From Gammaproteobacteria bacterium (GTDB taxonomy: Bacteria; Pseudomonadota; Gammaproteobacteria; SZUA-229): 64,000 bases of DNA. A program made the translations under genes and the position numbers. How positions within the stretch are numbered: position 1 is the first letter of the stretch; each line of letters starts with the position of its first letter. The stretch is taken from NCBI GenBank assembly GCA_029882215.1, contig JAOULC010000004.1, forward strand, positions 61,701-125,700. The letters run 5' to 3'. The notes under the pieces were generated by a model that was given only the letters and a program-made list of their open reading frames with translations, searched no databases and was not told the origin of the DNA. This document shows positions 51,910-63,674 of the stretch, piece after piece.

Positions 51910-54076
51910 CGGGCACCCGGCAGCTGTCAAAAAAATCATAATGCTCTATGGCTTCGAGGATGCCGGCAGCGTAAGGATATTTAGAATAAAAAACACTATC
52001 GAGTTCGAGTAACTCAGTCAGTTCTTCGTTATGACGGTTAGCCACTATCACGGCCAGTGTATTGCCTCTGATCATGTCTTCGTCCGCCCCCGAACCACCT
52101 GCAACCAGAATATGATCGAGCGGAATATCCCATTGCTCGGCATACCAGCGTAACGCCAGACCTTTTGATGCCCTGACCGGAACAATATCCAGAAACTGTC
52201 CGAAAGAAAGCACACTGTTCACCGTTTGCTCGTGACGCAGTAAAAGCTTTCTGATCTCATCTATAGAGGGCGCTTTTTCAGCGTCATAGTAGTAACTTAT
52301 TTTATAGCGACTTTGTTCGCTTTTATGTTGCAGACTAAGTCCCGGCATATCTTTCAAAAGCGCACGTACTTTACTAGGTCGCCATAAATAATCGATATGA
52401 TCATCCCAGGCAGTATCCCGGGTCAGATTTTGTCCGTAATAAATTTCAGTCCCCAGACTGGTAACCAGTGCATCGGGTAACGGAATTTTATTGGCTTTGA
52501 TCAGTTTTAAGGCGGAGTCCAGACGTCGTCCGGTTGCGATACCAAAACTACTGCAGCGCGCATTATCTTTTATTATCTGACTAAAGGCCGGTATATCAGC
52601 AGGCTCACCCAGTAAACTCTGATCCAGATCAGAAAAAATAGCACGATTGCGGTAAAGCCGGGAGCGACGCTGCAGCTTCATACGCACAACCGCTTCTGTT
52701 TTATCAATCACCGGTTTGATTACTTTCAGATAACTTTCAGCATGGCCCTTCCATGAATAATAATTATTCACGCCCTGAATACCACTGCCGGCCATTTTTT
52801 CCCACTGCTTTTTATCACTCAATGCAAGTAGCAGCTGCTGAATAATTTGTTGATGATCTAAGGGATCGATCAGATATCCATTTTTACAATTGGAGATGAT
52901 ATCAACAGGACCGCCATCTTCAGTTGCAATGATTGGTAAGCCACAGGCAGCCGCTTCTATTAAAGTCAGGCCAAACGGTTCAGTCAGCGCCGGATTAATA
53001 AACACGCCGCCTGATAATGCTGCCAGCCGGTAAATCACCGAAATATCAGTGGCTAAATGGTGCTTTGGGTATGCGACTTTACCATAAAGATCATACTGAT
53101 CAATGCTTAGCAGCAGGCTGGTCAGCACTTCCTGTGCGCCCGCTTCGAGGTCACGAATATCATCACGGTTACCGGCAATAATCACCAGATTAGCAAGCTG
53201 TTGTAAATCCTCAGACTGACCATAGGCTTCTATCAGCGTGACGATATTTTTTCTCTGATCCGGTCGTGAAATTGCCAGTATCATAGGCTTGTCAGGATTA
53301 ATCAGAAAGCGGTCAATTTGACGGGATATTTCACTTTGTTTTTCAGATCTGTCCGGCGGATGAAACTGTGTCAGGTCTGTACCCGGTGGCACCACGCGCA
53401 TTTTATTTGGCTGATAGAAATCATATAATTCGTATTGCTCTTCAATCTCCTGATTGGTGCTGGTTACTATTCTGTCAGCAACACCCAGTGTAACTTCTTC
53501 TGCTTCTATCCTGCGTGACATACAGTAACGTTTTTCTATCTCGGCACTTTTTACTCCGCTTGCAAGTAATCTTTGTCGCTTACTGCGACCCAGTGAATGA
53601 CCGGTATGTACCAGCGGCACGCTTAACTGATGAGATAAAAGTGTGCCGACATAGCCTGCATCGGCATAATGACTGTGAATAACATCCGGCGTCAGATCAT
53701 GCTGATGTAAATAAGCTAAAAGATTATCTGAGAAAATATCAAGGTGATCCCAAAGCTGTTCTTTGGGTAAGTAAAGCTGATCTGCACAGTCAATTCGTAC
53801 AATACTGACTTTATCACTCAGCTTTTCAGTATGCCGGGCATAATCAGAACTGACTGTTTTATCGACCAGACGACGTGTTACCAGATCGACCCGTGCAACC
53901 TCTGGCTGCTCACCAAGCGCACGAGCCAGTTCAATAACATACTTGGTCTGACCACCTGTGTCAGCATCGCAACCCAGTTCCAGATCATGACCACGGATAA
54001 GACCATGAATACTGATAAGCAGAAAATGAAGACCGTCTTGTTTTTTCCGGTTATTTTTTTTTATGACTAATGACAC
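51902..54076 (-). CDS. sps: Sucrose-phosphate synthase (GT4 glycosyltransferase + C-terminal SPP-like HAD domain)
   Basis: 724 aa; N-terminal GT-B with HGLIRGHDLELGCDADTGGQTKYV typical of SPS, E..GLP..AT..GGP motif, C-terminal HAD-like domain. Confidence 0.85.
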   Translation of the reverse strand: MSLVIKKNNRKKQDGLHFLLISIHGLIRGHDLELGCDADTGGQTKYVIELARALGEQPEVARVDLVTRRLVDKTVSSDYARHTEKLSDKVSIVRIDCADQLYLPKEQLWDHLDIFSDNLLAYLHQHDLTPDVIHSHYADAGYVGTLLSHQLSVPLVHTGHSLGRSKRQRLLASGVKSAEIEKRYCMSRRIEAEEVTLGVADRIVTSTNQEIEEQYELYDFYQPNKMRVVPPGTDLTQFHPPDRSEKQSEISRQIDRFLINPDKPMILAISRPDQRKNIVTLIEAYGQSEDLQQLANLVIIAGNRDDIRDLEAGAQEVLTSLLLSIDQYDLYGKVAYPKHHLATDISVIYRLAALSGGVFINPALTEPFGLTLIEAAACGLPIIATEDGGPVDIISNCKNGYLIDPLDHQQIIQQLLLALSDKKQWEKMAGSGIQGVNNYYSWKGHAESYLKVIKPVIDKTEAVVRMKLQRRSRLYRNRAIFSDLDQSLLGEPADIPAFSQIIKDNARCSSFGIATGRRLDSALKLIKANKIPLPDALVTSLGTEIYYGQNLTRDTAWDDHIDYLWRPSKVRALLKDMPGLSLQHKSEQSRYKISYYYDAEKAPSIDEIRKLLLRHEQTVNSVLSFGQFLDIVPVRASKGLALRWYAEQWDIPLDHILVAGGSGADEDMIRGNTLAVIVANRHNEELTELLELDSVFYSKYPYAAGILEAIEHYDFFDSCRVPDE

Positions 54077-54130
54077 TACTCAATAATCCCTTGTAAGAAA
54101 AACAATAAATCAGGCAATCGGTACAAATTA

Positions 54131-54162
54131 TTAAAAAAAGCTCTGATATCTTCGACTCAGAG
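54131..54162 (-). terminator. Rho-independent terminator of glgP (stem includes stop codon)
   Basis: Minus strand CTCTGA-GTCGAAGATA-TCAGAG followed by CTTTTTTT. Confidence 0.7.
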
Positions 54163-56625
54163 TTTCCAGATCTCCTCATTGTATTCATGCATGGTTCTGT
54201 CTGTTGAAAAATGCCCGCTGCAGGCCGTATTGTTGATGCTCATTTTTAACCACCCTGTCTCGTCACGATAAGCCTGTGAAACTTTTTCCTGCGCGTCAAT
54301 ATAACTTCTGAAATCAGCCAGGGTTAACCACGGGTCGTTTTTATTTTTTAATGAGAAGATAATATCATCAAAAATTCCTGACTCAAATGAGTTGAAATGA
54401 CCACACTCTAACAGATGCATGACCCGTTTTAAATCTTCATCGTTACTAATGTATTTATCAGGCTCGTAATTTTGTTTTAAATGACTCACTTCATCCGCCT
54501 TTAAACCAAACAAAAAGAAATTATCTTCACCGACGGCTTCCAGTATTTCTATATTGGCACCGTCATAAGTACCAACGGTGACTGCACCGTTCATCATGAA
54601 CTTCATATTACCGGTGCCGGATGCTTCTTTACCTGCCGTTGATATTTGTTCAGACAGATCGGTTCCGGGGCAGATAATTTCCATCTTAGACACCCCATAA
54701 TTCGGGATAAATGCCAGTTTTAACTGATCGCCCACTTCAGGATCATTATTAATGACTTCAGCGACATTATTTATCAGTTTGATTATTGATTTGGCTATGC
54801 GGTAACCGGGAGCCGCTTTTCCGCCAATAAGTACACATCGATTGGTCCAGTTTTTTCTATCACCATTTTTAATTCTGGCATATAGGTGAATAACGTGTAA
54901 CACGTTCAATAACTGGCGTTTATACTCATGTATTCTTTTAACCTGTACATCAAAAAGCGAAGTGGTATTAAAATCAACTCCACATTCATCTTTAATTAAG
55001 TCAGCCAGCCTGCGTTTATTTTCCTGTTTTACCCGCTGCCAGTTTTGTCTGAACTCAATATCTTCACTATATTTACCCAGCTGACTGATCTGTGCCAGAT
55101 CACCTATCCAGTCATCGCCTATTTTCTCTGAGATCAGACTGCTCATCAGCGGATTGGAATGTGCTATCCATCGACGGGGAGTTACCCCGTTAGTTTTGTT
55201 ATTAAATTTCTCAGGCCATAGCTCATAAAAATCCTTAAATAAACCTTCTGTGAGTAACTGTGAATGCAATGCCGCAACGCCGTTAACTGAAAAGCTGCCA
55301 ACTATGGCAAGATAGGCCATGCGAACTGATTTAACATCACCCTCTTCAATAATTGACATTCTAATTTGCTTATCCGTATCACCCGGCCAGCGGGTCGACA
55401 CCTCGGAGAGGAATCTGGCATTTATTTCATAAATAATTTGCAACAATCTTGGTAAGAGTTTTTCAAATAAATGCACCGGCCATTTTTCCAGTGCTTCAGG
55501 CAGCAATGTGTGATTGGTATAGGCCATGGTCTGACTGGTGATTTCCCACGCCTGCTCCCATGACATATATTTTGTATCTATTAACAGCCGCATTAACTCT
55601 GCAACCGCAATGGTAGGATGCGTATCGTTCATCTGAAAAACATTTTGTTGTGAAAACTCACTGAAGTCATTACCGTGCTCGGTGCTCCACATGCGAAGCA
55701 CATCCTGCAGACTGGCTGATGCCAGAAAGTATTGTTGTTTAAGGCGTAATTCCTTGCCGTTTTCACTGGCATCATTCGGATACAGAACCATGCTGATATG
55801 TTCTGCATTATTTTTAGCTTCTACTGCCTCCGAGTAACTGCCGGCATTAAAGTCATCAAGACTAAATACATTGGTCGGGCTGGCACTCCATAAGCGCAGT
55901 GTATTAACTGTTTTGTTTTTATAACCGGATATAGGAACATCATACGGTATTGCCAGAATATCAGCTGTACCAATCCAGACAACATGCGGCTTACGGTTAT
56001 GATTGGTCACTGTTTCAACACGGCCGCCAAATTTTATAACCTGGGTGAACTCGGCCCGCTCAAGCTCCCATGGATTTCCGTCTCTTAACCAGTGATCAGG
56101 TTCTTCTACCTGAAATCCGTTTGTTATTTTTTGCCTAAACATGCCATATTCATAGCGAATCCCATAACCTATAACGGGTAGTTTAAGACTGGCACAGCTG
56201 TCCATAAAACAGGCCGCCAGTCTGCCAAGACCGCCATTACCAAGTCCTGCATCATGTTCTTCTGTAATAATTTCTTCAAGCTTGAGAGCGAACTTATTCA
56301 TCGCATCTTTAACTTCTGAATTAATGTCGAGATTAAGAATATGGTTACCCAGTGATCGACCTATTAAAAATTCCAGTGACATGTAATAGGCTTTACGAAC
56401 ACCTTTTTGTTCGTAAAGCTCCCAGGTATTACGCCAGTCCGACATAATATGGTCACGCAAGGTTAATGAAAGCGCCTCATATAAATAATAAGGTACACAA
56501 TCAACAAAGCGCCCCAGATGCAGAGTAAGGTATCGCTCAAAATCCTTGGCTATGGATTCGCTGTCTTTTGGCAATACATCCATTTTCGGAATTTTTGTCT
56601 CGCACAGTGGTTTTTTATTCGACAT
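54157..56625 (-). CDS. glgP: Glycogen/maltodextrin phosphorylase
   Basis: 822 aa; PLP site EASGTGNMKFMMNGA. Confidence 0.95.
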   Translation of the reverse strand: MSNKKPLCETKIPKMDVLPKDSESIAKDFERYLTLHLGRFVDCVPYYLYEALSLTLRDHIMSDWRNTWELYEQKGVRKAYYMSLEFLIGRSLGNHILNLDINSEVKDAMNKFALKLEEIITEEHDAGLGNGGLGRLAACFMDSCASLKLPVIGYGIRYEYGMFRQKITNGFQVEEPDHWLRDGNPWELERAEFTQVIKFGGRVETVTNHNRKPHVVWIGTADILAIPYDVPISGYKNKTVNTLRLWSASPTNVFSLDDFNAGSYSEAVEAKNNAEHISMVLYPNDASENGKELRLKQQYFLASASLQDVLRMWSTEHGNDFSEFSQQNVFQMNDTHPTIAVAELMRLLIDTKYMSWEQAWEITSQTMAYTNHTLLPEALEKWPVHLFEKLLPRLLQIIYEINARFLSEVSTRWPGDTDKQIRMSIIEEGDVKSVRMAYLAIVGSFSVNGVAALHSQLLTEGLFKDFYELWPEKFNNKTNGVTPRRWIAHSNPLMSSLISEKIGDDWIGDLAQISQLGKYSEDIEFRQNWQRVKQENKRRLADLIKDECGVDFNTTSLFDVQVKRIHEYKRQLLNVLHVIHLYARIKNGDRKNWTNRCVLIGGKAAPGYRIAKSIIKLINNVAEVINNDPEVGDQLKLAFIPNYGVSKMEIICPGTDLSEQISTAGKEASGTGNMKFMMNGAVTVGTYDGANIEILEAVGEDNFFLFGLKADEVSHLKQNYEPDKYISNDEDLKRVMHLLECGHFNSFESGIFDDIIFSLKNKNDPWLTLADFRSYIDAQEKVSQAYRDETGWLKMSINNTACSGHFSTDRTMHEYNEEIWKL

Positions 56626-56629
56626 ATGA

Positions 56630-58120
56630 TTACCTCTGGTATAAGACCATTAATTTTAAAATTTTTTCAGTAACATCCGGCTTAAGTTGCTGCCAGTCAA
56701 AGCGCCAGCTCCAGTTACCACCGATGGTGCCCGGTGTATTCATGCGGGCGGATGAATCCAGCATTAATAAATCCTGCATCGGTAATATACAAAGATAAGA
56801 TACCGATGACATGGCCTGCCGTATGAGTGACCAGACATCCTGCTCTGCTGTCTCGTTTTGTACATTAAGATATTCGTTAAAATATTTTTTATTATAATTT
56901 TCTGTATTTCTGACCCAGCCAAGTGTTGTATCGTTATCATGGGTACCGGTATAAACAAGATCGTTTGCGCATTGCTGATGAGGCAGGTGAGGATTTTTAT
57001 TATTGCCGTCAAATGCAAACTGTAAAACTTTCATACCAGGCAGATTAAATGATTTTTTTAGCTCTATCACATCATCGGTGATCACACCTAAATCTTCTGC
57101 CACCAGCGGTAAGTGATCGAAAGTGCTGAATAAAGCTGTTAATAATTCTTTGCCTGGTACATTTATCCAGCTGCCATTCATGGCTGTTTCGTCTTCACAA
57201 GGTATTTGCCAGCAGGCCTGTAAGCCGCGAAAATGATCAATACGAATCATATCAAACAGCTCTAACTGAGTTTTAAAGCACGCTTTCCACCAGCTAAAGT
57301 CTGTTGACTGCATATAATCCCAGTTGTATAAAGGATTTCCCCAGCGCTGGCCAGTAGCTGAAAAAGCATCAGGGGGAACACCGGCAACAAATTCCATATT
57401 GCCATCATCATCCATTAAAAAATTTTCTCTCTGTGCCCAGACTTCAGCACTGTCTCTGGCAACAAATATCGGTATATCGCCGAATAACTCTATCTCATGT
57501 TGCTTAGCATACTCACGAAGTTCACGCCATTGAGTAAAAAATACAAATTGCTCAAAGATAATTTGCTGTATATCCGCTTTAAGTTTTTTTTCTGCATTAG
57601 CCAGTGTTTTAGTATCGCGGTGCCGCTCCTTTGCAGGCCAGTCATACCAGGGTTTGTTCTGGTATTGTTTTTTTAAAGCCATAAACAATGCATAATCATC
57701 CAGCCAGTGTTTATGATCTTGGCAGAAGCCGCCTAGTTTACGTTTCCATTCGGTATTTTCTGACTGGTAAAAATTTTCAGCCGCACTCTGCAAACAGGCT
57801 AACCGGTAGCTTTCATCCTGCTCTGAAATATTAATGTTTTTTCTTTCCAGCCAGTGCCGGTCTTGCAGCCAGTCAAGGCTGATCAGTAGAGGGTTACCGG
57901 CATGTGATGACAGGCACTGGTAGGGCGATTTGTCATCATGTGTAGGACCCAGCGGCAGCATTTGCCAGACTTTAAATCCACTAGATTGCAAAAATTCAAT
58001 ATAGCGATAAGCCTGATGACCAATATCGCCGCTGCTTAATTTTCCCGGCAGCGATGTCGGATGCAAAAGCACTCCGGCTTTTCGTTTTTTACTGACAATG
58101 CTGGCCGCATTATTACTCAT
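56630..58120 (-). CDS. malQ: 4-alpha-glucanotransferase (amylomaltase, GH77)
   Basis: 496 aa; GVLLHPTSLPG N-terminus and GH77 catalytic regions. Confidence 0.9.
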   Translation of the reverse strand: MSNNAASIVSKKRKAGVLLHPTSLPGKLSSGDIGHQAYRYIEFLQSSGFKVWQMLPLGPTHDDKSPYQCLSSHAGNPLLISLDWLQDRHWLERKNINISEQDESYRLACLQSAAENFYQSENTEWKRKLGGFCQDHKHWLDDYALFMALKKQYQNKPWYDWPAKERHRDTKTLANAEKKLKADIQQIIFEQFVFFTQWRELREYAKQHEIELFGDIPIFVARDSAEVWAQRENFLMDDDGNMEFVAGVPPDAFSATGQRWGNPLYNWDYMQSTDFSWWKACFKTQLELFDMIRIDHFRGLQACWQIPCEDETAMNGSWINVPGKELLTALFSTFDHLPLVAEDLGVITDDVIELKKSFNLPGMKVLQFAFDGNNKNPHLPHQQCANDLVYTGTHDNDTTLGWVRNTENYNKKYFNEYLNVQNETAEQDVWSLIRQAMSSVSYLCILPMQDLLMLDSSARMNTPGTIGGNWSWRFDWQQLKPDVTEKILKLMVLYQR

Positions 58121-59826
58121 CAGTGATGCTGCCCGGGTAACATGGTTCCGCCCATGGCTGGCTCACCTGAACCAAATGAGAATGCTTTGGTAATATATTC
58201 CGGCGTTTCGACTTTTAATATCTGGTACAGATTACTCAAGTGCATACGAAACTGCTCATCAAAAGCCGCAACCGATTCGGCAGAGTTATACTCGCCGAAC
58301 CACCAGAACCAGTCTGAACTTTCACAGGTAGCCAGCTGCATTTCTGCGGCCTTCAGCACATCGGCTGACAAGTGACCCTGTGTTAGTGCCTTGTCATAAA
58401 CTTTTTTTGCATCGACCAGCATATCCCAGGCACGATTTTTATCTTTTTCACCGATCCAGGTTGAAAACGTACCGTAAACCCAGCTTCCAGCCACAACTTC
58501 ACTGAGTGATTGTTTATTGCTTTGCATTTTCAGATAGTCACTGAAAGTGGTGAGTTTTATACCGTCATGCTGTGCAAGTTTTTCGTACAAGGCACTGATA
58601 AAGTGATAGCCATTTTGCGGGTAGTATTCCCAGGCATTTTCCCCGTCCAGGATGATGGATATAATGGCATCAGGTTTATCACGGCAACTGTCTGCAATTG
58701 TTTCAATATTATGTAACAGGTTAGCAACCGCATCGTCTGCATGCCAGTCAGAGTATTTAAATCCTATCAAATCGGATAAACCATCATCCCTGAAAAAACA
58801 GGCCGTGGCTGTATCACGATACTGATAGGCCTGATGTATACAGTTGCCAGCTGAAATTTCCGACTTATTAAGAGAGTTTTGTAACACACTTCCGCCACTG
58901 GCGATCCATTTAATACCCATTTCAGATATCAGTTCAATGGTTTCTGCACTGATGCTGCCTTCAGATGGCCAGCAGCCTGCTGGCATCACATCAAAGTAAT
59001 GTTTAAAAACTTCGATACCTTTTTGCATATGCCAGTGACTTCTTTCACTGCCACCCGGGTACTGATTTGCCAGTGGCAGTTCAACACCCGGCATGGCCTG
59101 TGCAGCAGAACTGATATCAAGCAGCAGCGGTACAATCGGGTGTGCATAAGGCGTCATCGACAGTTCTATGCGACCGGCGTGTGCCAGTTGTTTGTAACGG
59201 TCGATTATTCCGCTGATCAGTTCATTAATAACCTGTACTAATATATGCCGGTCATGCACCGTAAAGTGACGGCCTTTTTTCATTAAATTTTTAATGCGTG
59301 AATCGTTAAGGCGAACCGTTTCAGCCATCCAGGCCAGGTGATACCAGACCAGTATGTCGGTAAAAAACTGCTCTGAGTAATAGTTTATTATTTCCGGCTT
59401 TTCGACGGCTTCTTCTGCCATATCAGTGAGCATACTGAAAATCGAAAAACGATCAATTAAGCGCTCTTTATTGGCTCGCAAGCAGGCCTTTATAATGTGC
59501 TGTCGCTTTTCATGGTCCAGCGATAACACAGGATCAGCGAGTGCGGCTAACAGAGGGTCCCTTAATGCTTTACCGTGATTGTGATAATCATTGAGTTGTT
59601 GTGCGTAATCATCAATTTGCTCAAGCAATACCGGCGCAAAGTTAATCACTGCACGTGCATCCGCATTGTTTTCCAGGTGCGCGGCCATATCCACATAGTC
59701 TTTTATGGTATGCAGGTAGGTCCATGGCAGATGATATTCGCCGTTGCGCAAATCACGATATTCCGGCTGATGCATATGCCAATAGAGCACGACATTTATT
59801 GCTGGCTTATGCGCTTCACCTGACAT
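58120..59826 (-). CDS. Glycoside hydrolase family 57 protein (alpha-glucan amylase/branching-type)
   Basis: 568 aa; GH57 signature [10 protein letters not shown] near N-terminus; embedded in glycogen gene cluster. Confidence 0.75.
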   Translation of the reverse strand: MSGEAHKPAINVVLYWHMHQPEYRDLRNGEYHLPWTYLHTIKDYVDMAAHLENNADARAVINFAPVLLEQIDDYAQQLNDYHNHGKALRDPLLAALADPVLSLDHEKRQHIIKACLRANKERLIDRFSIFSMLTDMAEEAVEKPEIINYYSEQFFTDILVWYHLAWMAETVRLNDSRIKNLMKKGRHFTVHDRHILVQVINELISGIIDRYKQLAHAGRIELSMTPYAHPIVPLLLDISSAAQAMPGVELPLANQYPGGSERSHWHMQKGIEVFKHYFDVMPAGCWPSEGSISAETIELISEMGIKWIASGGSVLQNSLNKSEISAGNCIHQAYQYRDTATACFFRDDGLSDLIGFKYSDWHADDAVANLLHNIETIADSCRDKPDAIISIILDGENAWEYYPQNGYHFISALYEKLAQHDGIKLTTFSDYLKMQSNKQSLSEVVAGSWVYGTFSTWIGEKDKNRAWDMLVDAKKVYDKALTQGHLSADVLKAAEMQLATCESSDWFWWFGEYNSAESVAAFDEQFRMHLSNLYQILKVETPEYITKAFSFGSGEPAMGGTMLPGQHH

Positions 59827-61099
59827 AATGCACCTCCTGCCCCAGCATTTCCGGTGTAACTAAAACCACACCGTTTGGCGATATATAAAACCTTTTTGCA
59901 TCTTCTTCGGCATCATGGCCGATAACGGTGCCGTCAGGAATATCACAGCCTTTATCAATAACCGCATGAAAAATTTTACAGTTTTTACCAATGATCACGT
60001 CCGGTAAAATCACCGACGAATCCACTTTCGAATAATTATCGACAGTGACATTAGAAAAAAGCAGTGAATGACGAACCAGTGCACCTGAAATAATGCAACC
60101 ACCCGATACCATCGAGTCGACCGCCATGCCTCTTCTGTCACCGTCATCGAAAATAAATTTGGCCGGTGGCAGCTGTTCCTGATGGGTCCATATTGGCCAC
60201 TCATCATCGTATAAATTAAGTTCCGGTGTTATACCAATCAGCTCAAGGTTTGCCTCCCAGAAAGCATCTACCGTACCCACGTCTCGCCAGTAGGCTTGTA
60301 TATTGCTATTGGCCGTCGTAAAGGGATAGGCATGGACATGATAATTTTTTATTGCATAGGGAATCACATCCTTGCCAAAATCATGACTGGAATTTAGCGA
60401 ATCGGCATCACGTATTAACAGCTCAAATAACAAGTCGGTATTAAAGATATAGATTCCCATTGAGCACAGGGCATGATCCGTGCTGCCACTCATCGCTTGC
60501 GGCTGGCTTGGTTTTTCAACAAAACTGCGTATTCGATTATTGTCATCGACCTCCATCACGCCAAATGCCGAGGCTTTTTCCAGCGGAACTTCAATACAGC
60601 CCACCGAAACGTCAGCATTCGATTCAGCATGCTTTGCCAGCATCGGCCCATAATCCATTTTATAGATGTGATCGCCTGCCAGAATCAGCACATAATCGGG
60701 TGAATGTGAACGTATAATATCGAGGTTCTGATAAATAGAATCTGCCGTGCCGGTATACCAGGACGACTCAATCCGTTGCTGAGCCGGCAATAACTCTACA
60801 AACTCACCAAACTCACTGCGCAAATGTCCCCAGCTCTTTGCCACATGCAGCATCAATGAGTGAGATTTGTATTGTGTGAGCACACCAATTCGACGAATAC
60901 CCGAATTGATACAGTTTGATAAAGGAAAATCGATAATACGAAACTTACCGCCAAAAGGCACGGCTGGCTTGGCTCGCCACTTAGTTAACTGCTTAAGTCG
61001 TTCGCCACGACCACCGGCCATAATTAATGCCAGCGTATTTCGCGTCAGGTTACTGACAAAGCGTGCTGATTTTTCTGTCTTCATCCGTGTCATACTCAT
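59816..61099 (-). CDS. glgC: Glucose-1-phosphate adenylyltransferase
   Basis: 427 aa; [29 protein letters not shown] motifs; left-handed beta-helix C-terminus. Confidence 0.95.
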   Translation of the reverse strand: MSMTRMKTEKSARFVSNLTRNTLALIMAGGRGERLKQLTKWRAKPAVPFGGKFRIIDFPLSNCINSGIRRIGVLTQYKSHSLMLHVAKSWGHLRSEFGEFVELLPAQQRIESSWYTGTADSIYQNLDIIRSHSPDYVLILAGDHIYKMDYGPMLAKHAESNADVSVGCIEVPLEKASAFGVMEVDDNNRIRSFVEKPSQPQAMSGSTDHALCSMGIYIFNTDLLFELLIRDADSLNSSHDFGKDVIPYAIKNYHVHAYPFTTANSNIQAYWRDVGTVDAFWEANLELIGITPELNLYDDEWPIWTHQEQLPPAKFIFDDGDRRGMAVDSMVSGGCIISGALVRHSLLFSNVTVDNYSKVDSSVILPDVIIGKNCKIFHAVIDKGCDIPDGTVIGHDAEEDAKRFYISPNGVVLVTPEMLGQEVHYVR

Positions 61100-61463
61100 T
61101 TTTATCGTGCTGTTAACAATCCAGTAAAAAGTATGCGCTTTACTTTAAAGGAGTACTATTACAATAAAGCTGTTGCAATAAGTAAGCCATGATAAAAATA
61201 GTTGTTTTCTGTCCGGAAACCGCTAAAGAACACCAGCGATGCTATTAATTTGTGCAGAAAATGCTATTTAAAGAATCCACATGCCTTAATTGAGTGCATA
61301 CTATTCCCTGCCAAAATATATACCCGGCCCTGTTAAATAGCTATAGCATATAACCATATGCTTTCTTTGATAAGATCAACTCTGTGCACAATACTTGCTT
61401 AGATTTAATGAACGATATACTTTATAAGTCCCAATAAAAATATACCATGGGTGTAACTGCACG

Positions 61464-63674
61464 ATGACGCTAAAAGAAACACAGGCAAAGGACAGTTTCA
61501 TCTCGATTCCGGCCAGCATTAAGAATGAACTGAATAAAATCGGTCAGGCCATACATCATGCACCTTTTTCTGTATTGGGCAACCAGACGGCCTATGCTGA
61601 TGACTTTATCATTTTCTATTCCCCGTACACTCGTCTGCTAACACTGACTGAAAAGCACCTGCCAACACAGCGCATTGAAGACAGTGATTTTTTTATCTGT
61701 AGCGAGCTTCAGGACATTGGTCAGCATCCTTTAATCAACCGCACAGACACTGATAATAATACCTCCTCGCTCCACGACCCTTACAGTTTTACACCTCAGC
61801 TCAGTGACTATGATTTGAATTTATTTTCAGCCGGTAAACACCTGCATGTATATAATATTCTGGGTGCACACTCTAAAGTTATCGACAATATTGCCGGGGT
61901 CTTATTTGCTGTCTGGGCTCCTAATGCATCACGCGTCAGTGTTATTGGCGAATTTAATCACTGGGATGGCCGTCTTCACCCGATGCGTTCACGCGGTGTC
62001 AGTGGTGTCTGGGAATTATTTATTCCCGCCATACAAAATGAAACATTATATAAGTTTGAAATAAAAAACCGCGACAGTGGCAATATTTTTGCAAAATCTG
62101 ATCCTTATGCCCGGCAACTGGAGTTTCGCCCGCGCACCGCTTCCGTTGTCAAAAACACCCTTGCTTTTCAATGGCAGGATAAACACTGGATGAATGCCAG
62201 AGAAAAATATGACTGGCTGCACCAGCCCTTATCCATTTATGAGTGTCATCTGGGTTCATGGCAGCGCGACGAGCACGGTAATTTCCTGAATTACCGGGAG
62301 CTGGCTCACCGACTGGTTGATTATATAAAAGAAACAGGCTTTACTCATATCGAACTGTTACCGGTCACAGAGCACCCGCTGGACGCCTCATGGGGCTATC
62401 AGACCACCGGCTACTTTGCCCCCACAAGGCGTTTTGGTATGGCCGATGATTTTCGCTACTTTGTTGATTATTGCCATCAGCATGACATCGGAGTATTGCT
62501 GGACTGGGTACCCGCACACTTTCCTAAAGACCCGCACGGGCTTGCCTGTTTTGATGGCACCACACTGTATGAACATGAAGACCCGCGGCGCGGTGAACAC
62601 CGTGACTGGGGAACATTAATCTATAATTATGGCCGACAGGAAGTCAAAAATTTCCTGATTTCAAGTGCTGTATTCTGGTTAGAGGAATACCATATTGATG
62701 GCTTGCGCGTTGATGCCGTGGCATCGATGTTATATCTGGATTATTCACGCGAAGATCATGACTGGATTCCTAACCAGCACGGTGGCAATGAAAACTTTGA
62801 AGCCATTGAGTTTATGCGTGAGTTAAACACAGTCACCCATGCCAGATTTCCCGGCACGATGATCATGGCGGAGGAGTCAACCGCATGGCCACAAGTGACC
62901 CGCCCTGCCGATATTGGCGGTCTTGGTTACAGCATGAAATGGAACATGGGCTGGATGCACGACAGCCTGAACTACATGGCTAATGATCCGGTACACCGTC
63001 ACTATCACCATCATCAGTTAACCTTTGGCTTATTGTATTTATTCAGTGAAAATTTTATTTTGCCTTTTTCGCACGATGAAGTGGTACACGGAAAAAGTTC
63101 ACTATTGCATAAAATGCCGGGCGATGAATGGCAGCGCTTTGCAAACCTGCGTTTATTGTATACCTATATGTTCACTTATCCGGGCAAGAAGCTGCTGTTT
63201 ATGGGCTGCGAATTTGCTCAGGGTGATGAATGGGACCATGATAAAGCACTCGACTGGTATGTCTTACAATACCCGCTTCATGCCGGCATTAAAAAACTGA
63301 CGACTGATCTTAACCAGCTGTATAAACAATACCTGCCATTACACCAATATGATTTCGATGCCAAAGGATTTGACTGGATAGACTGCAACGACACCGACCA
63401 GTCTGTACTTTCCTATATCAGAAGGAGTGACGACGATAGCATCATCATTGTGCTTAACTTCACTCCGGTGATCCGTGACAATTACCGCATTGGTGCCCCC
63501 GAAAATGGTGACTATGAAATCATATTCAACTCAGATTCCGAGTACTATAGTGGCAGTAATGCCGGCAGCCACTCGAAAATTTCAAGTGAAGCGGTTGCGT
63601 GGATGAATCAACCTGCATCATTAACACTCAGCCTGCCTCCGCTGGCAGGACTGATACTAAAGAAAAAACCATGA
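61464..63674 (+). CDS. glgB: 1,4-alpha-glucan branching enzyme
   Basis: 736 aa; GH13 branching enzyme regions ([24 protein letters not shown]-set N-domain). Confidence 0.95.
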   Translation: MTLKETQAKDSFISIPASIKNELNKIGQAIHHAPFSVLGNQTAYADDFIIFYSPYTRLLTLTEKHLPTQRIEDSDFFICSELQDIGQHPLINRTDTDNNTSSLHDPYSFTPQLSDYDLNLFSAGKHLHVYNILGAHSKVIDNIAGVLFAVWAPNASRVSVIGEFNHWDGRLHPMRSRGVSGVWELFIPAIQNETLYKFEIKNRDSGNIFAKSDPYARQLEFRPRTASVVKNTLAFQWQDKHWMNAREKYDWLHQPLSIYECHLGSWQRDEHGNFLNYRELAHRLVDYIKETGFTHIELLPVTEHPLDASWGYQTTGYFAPTRRFGMADDFRYFVDYCHQHDIGVLLDWVPAHFPKDPHGLACFDGTTLYEHEDPRRGEHRDWGTLIYNYGRQEVKNFLISSAVFWLEEYHIDGLRVDAVASMLYLDYSREDHDWIPNQHGGNENFEAIEFMRELNTVTHARFPGTMIMAEESTAWPQVTRPADIGGLGYSMKWNMGWMHDSLNYMANDPVHRHYHHHQLTFGLLYLFSENFILPFSHDEVVHGKSSLLHKMPGDEWQRFANLRLLYTYMFTYPGKKLLFMGCEFAQGDEWDHDKALDWYVLQYPLHAGIKKLTTDLNQLYKQYLPLHQYDFDAKGFDWIDCNDTDQSVLSYIRRSDDDSIIIVLNFTPVIRDNYRIGAPENGDYEIIFNSDSEYYSGSNAGSHSKISSEAVAWMNQPASLTLSLPPLAGLILKKKP

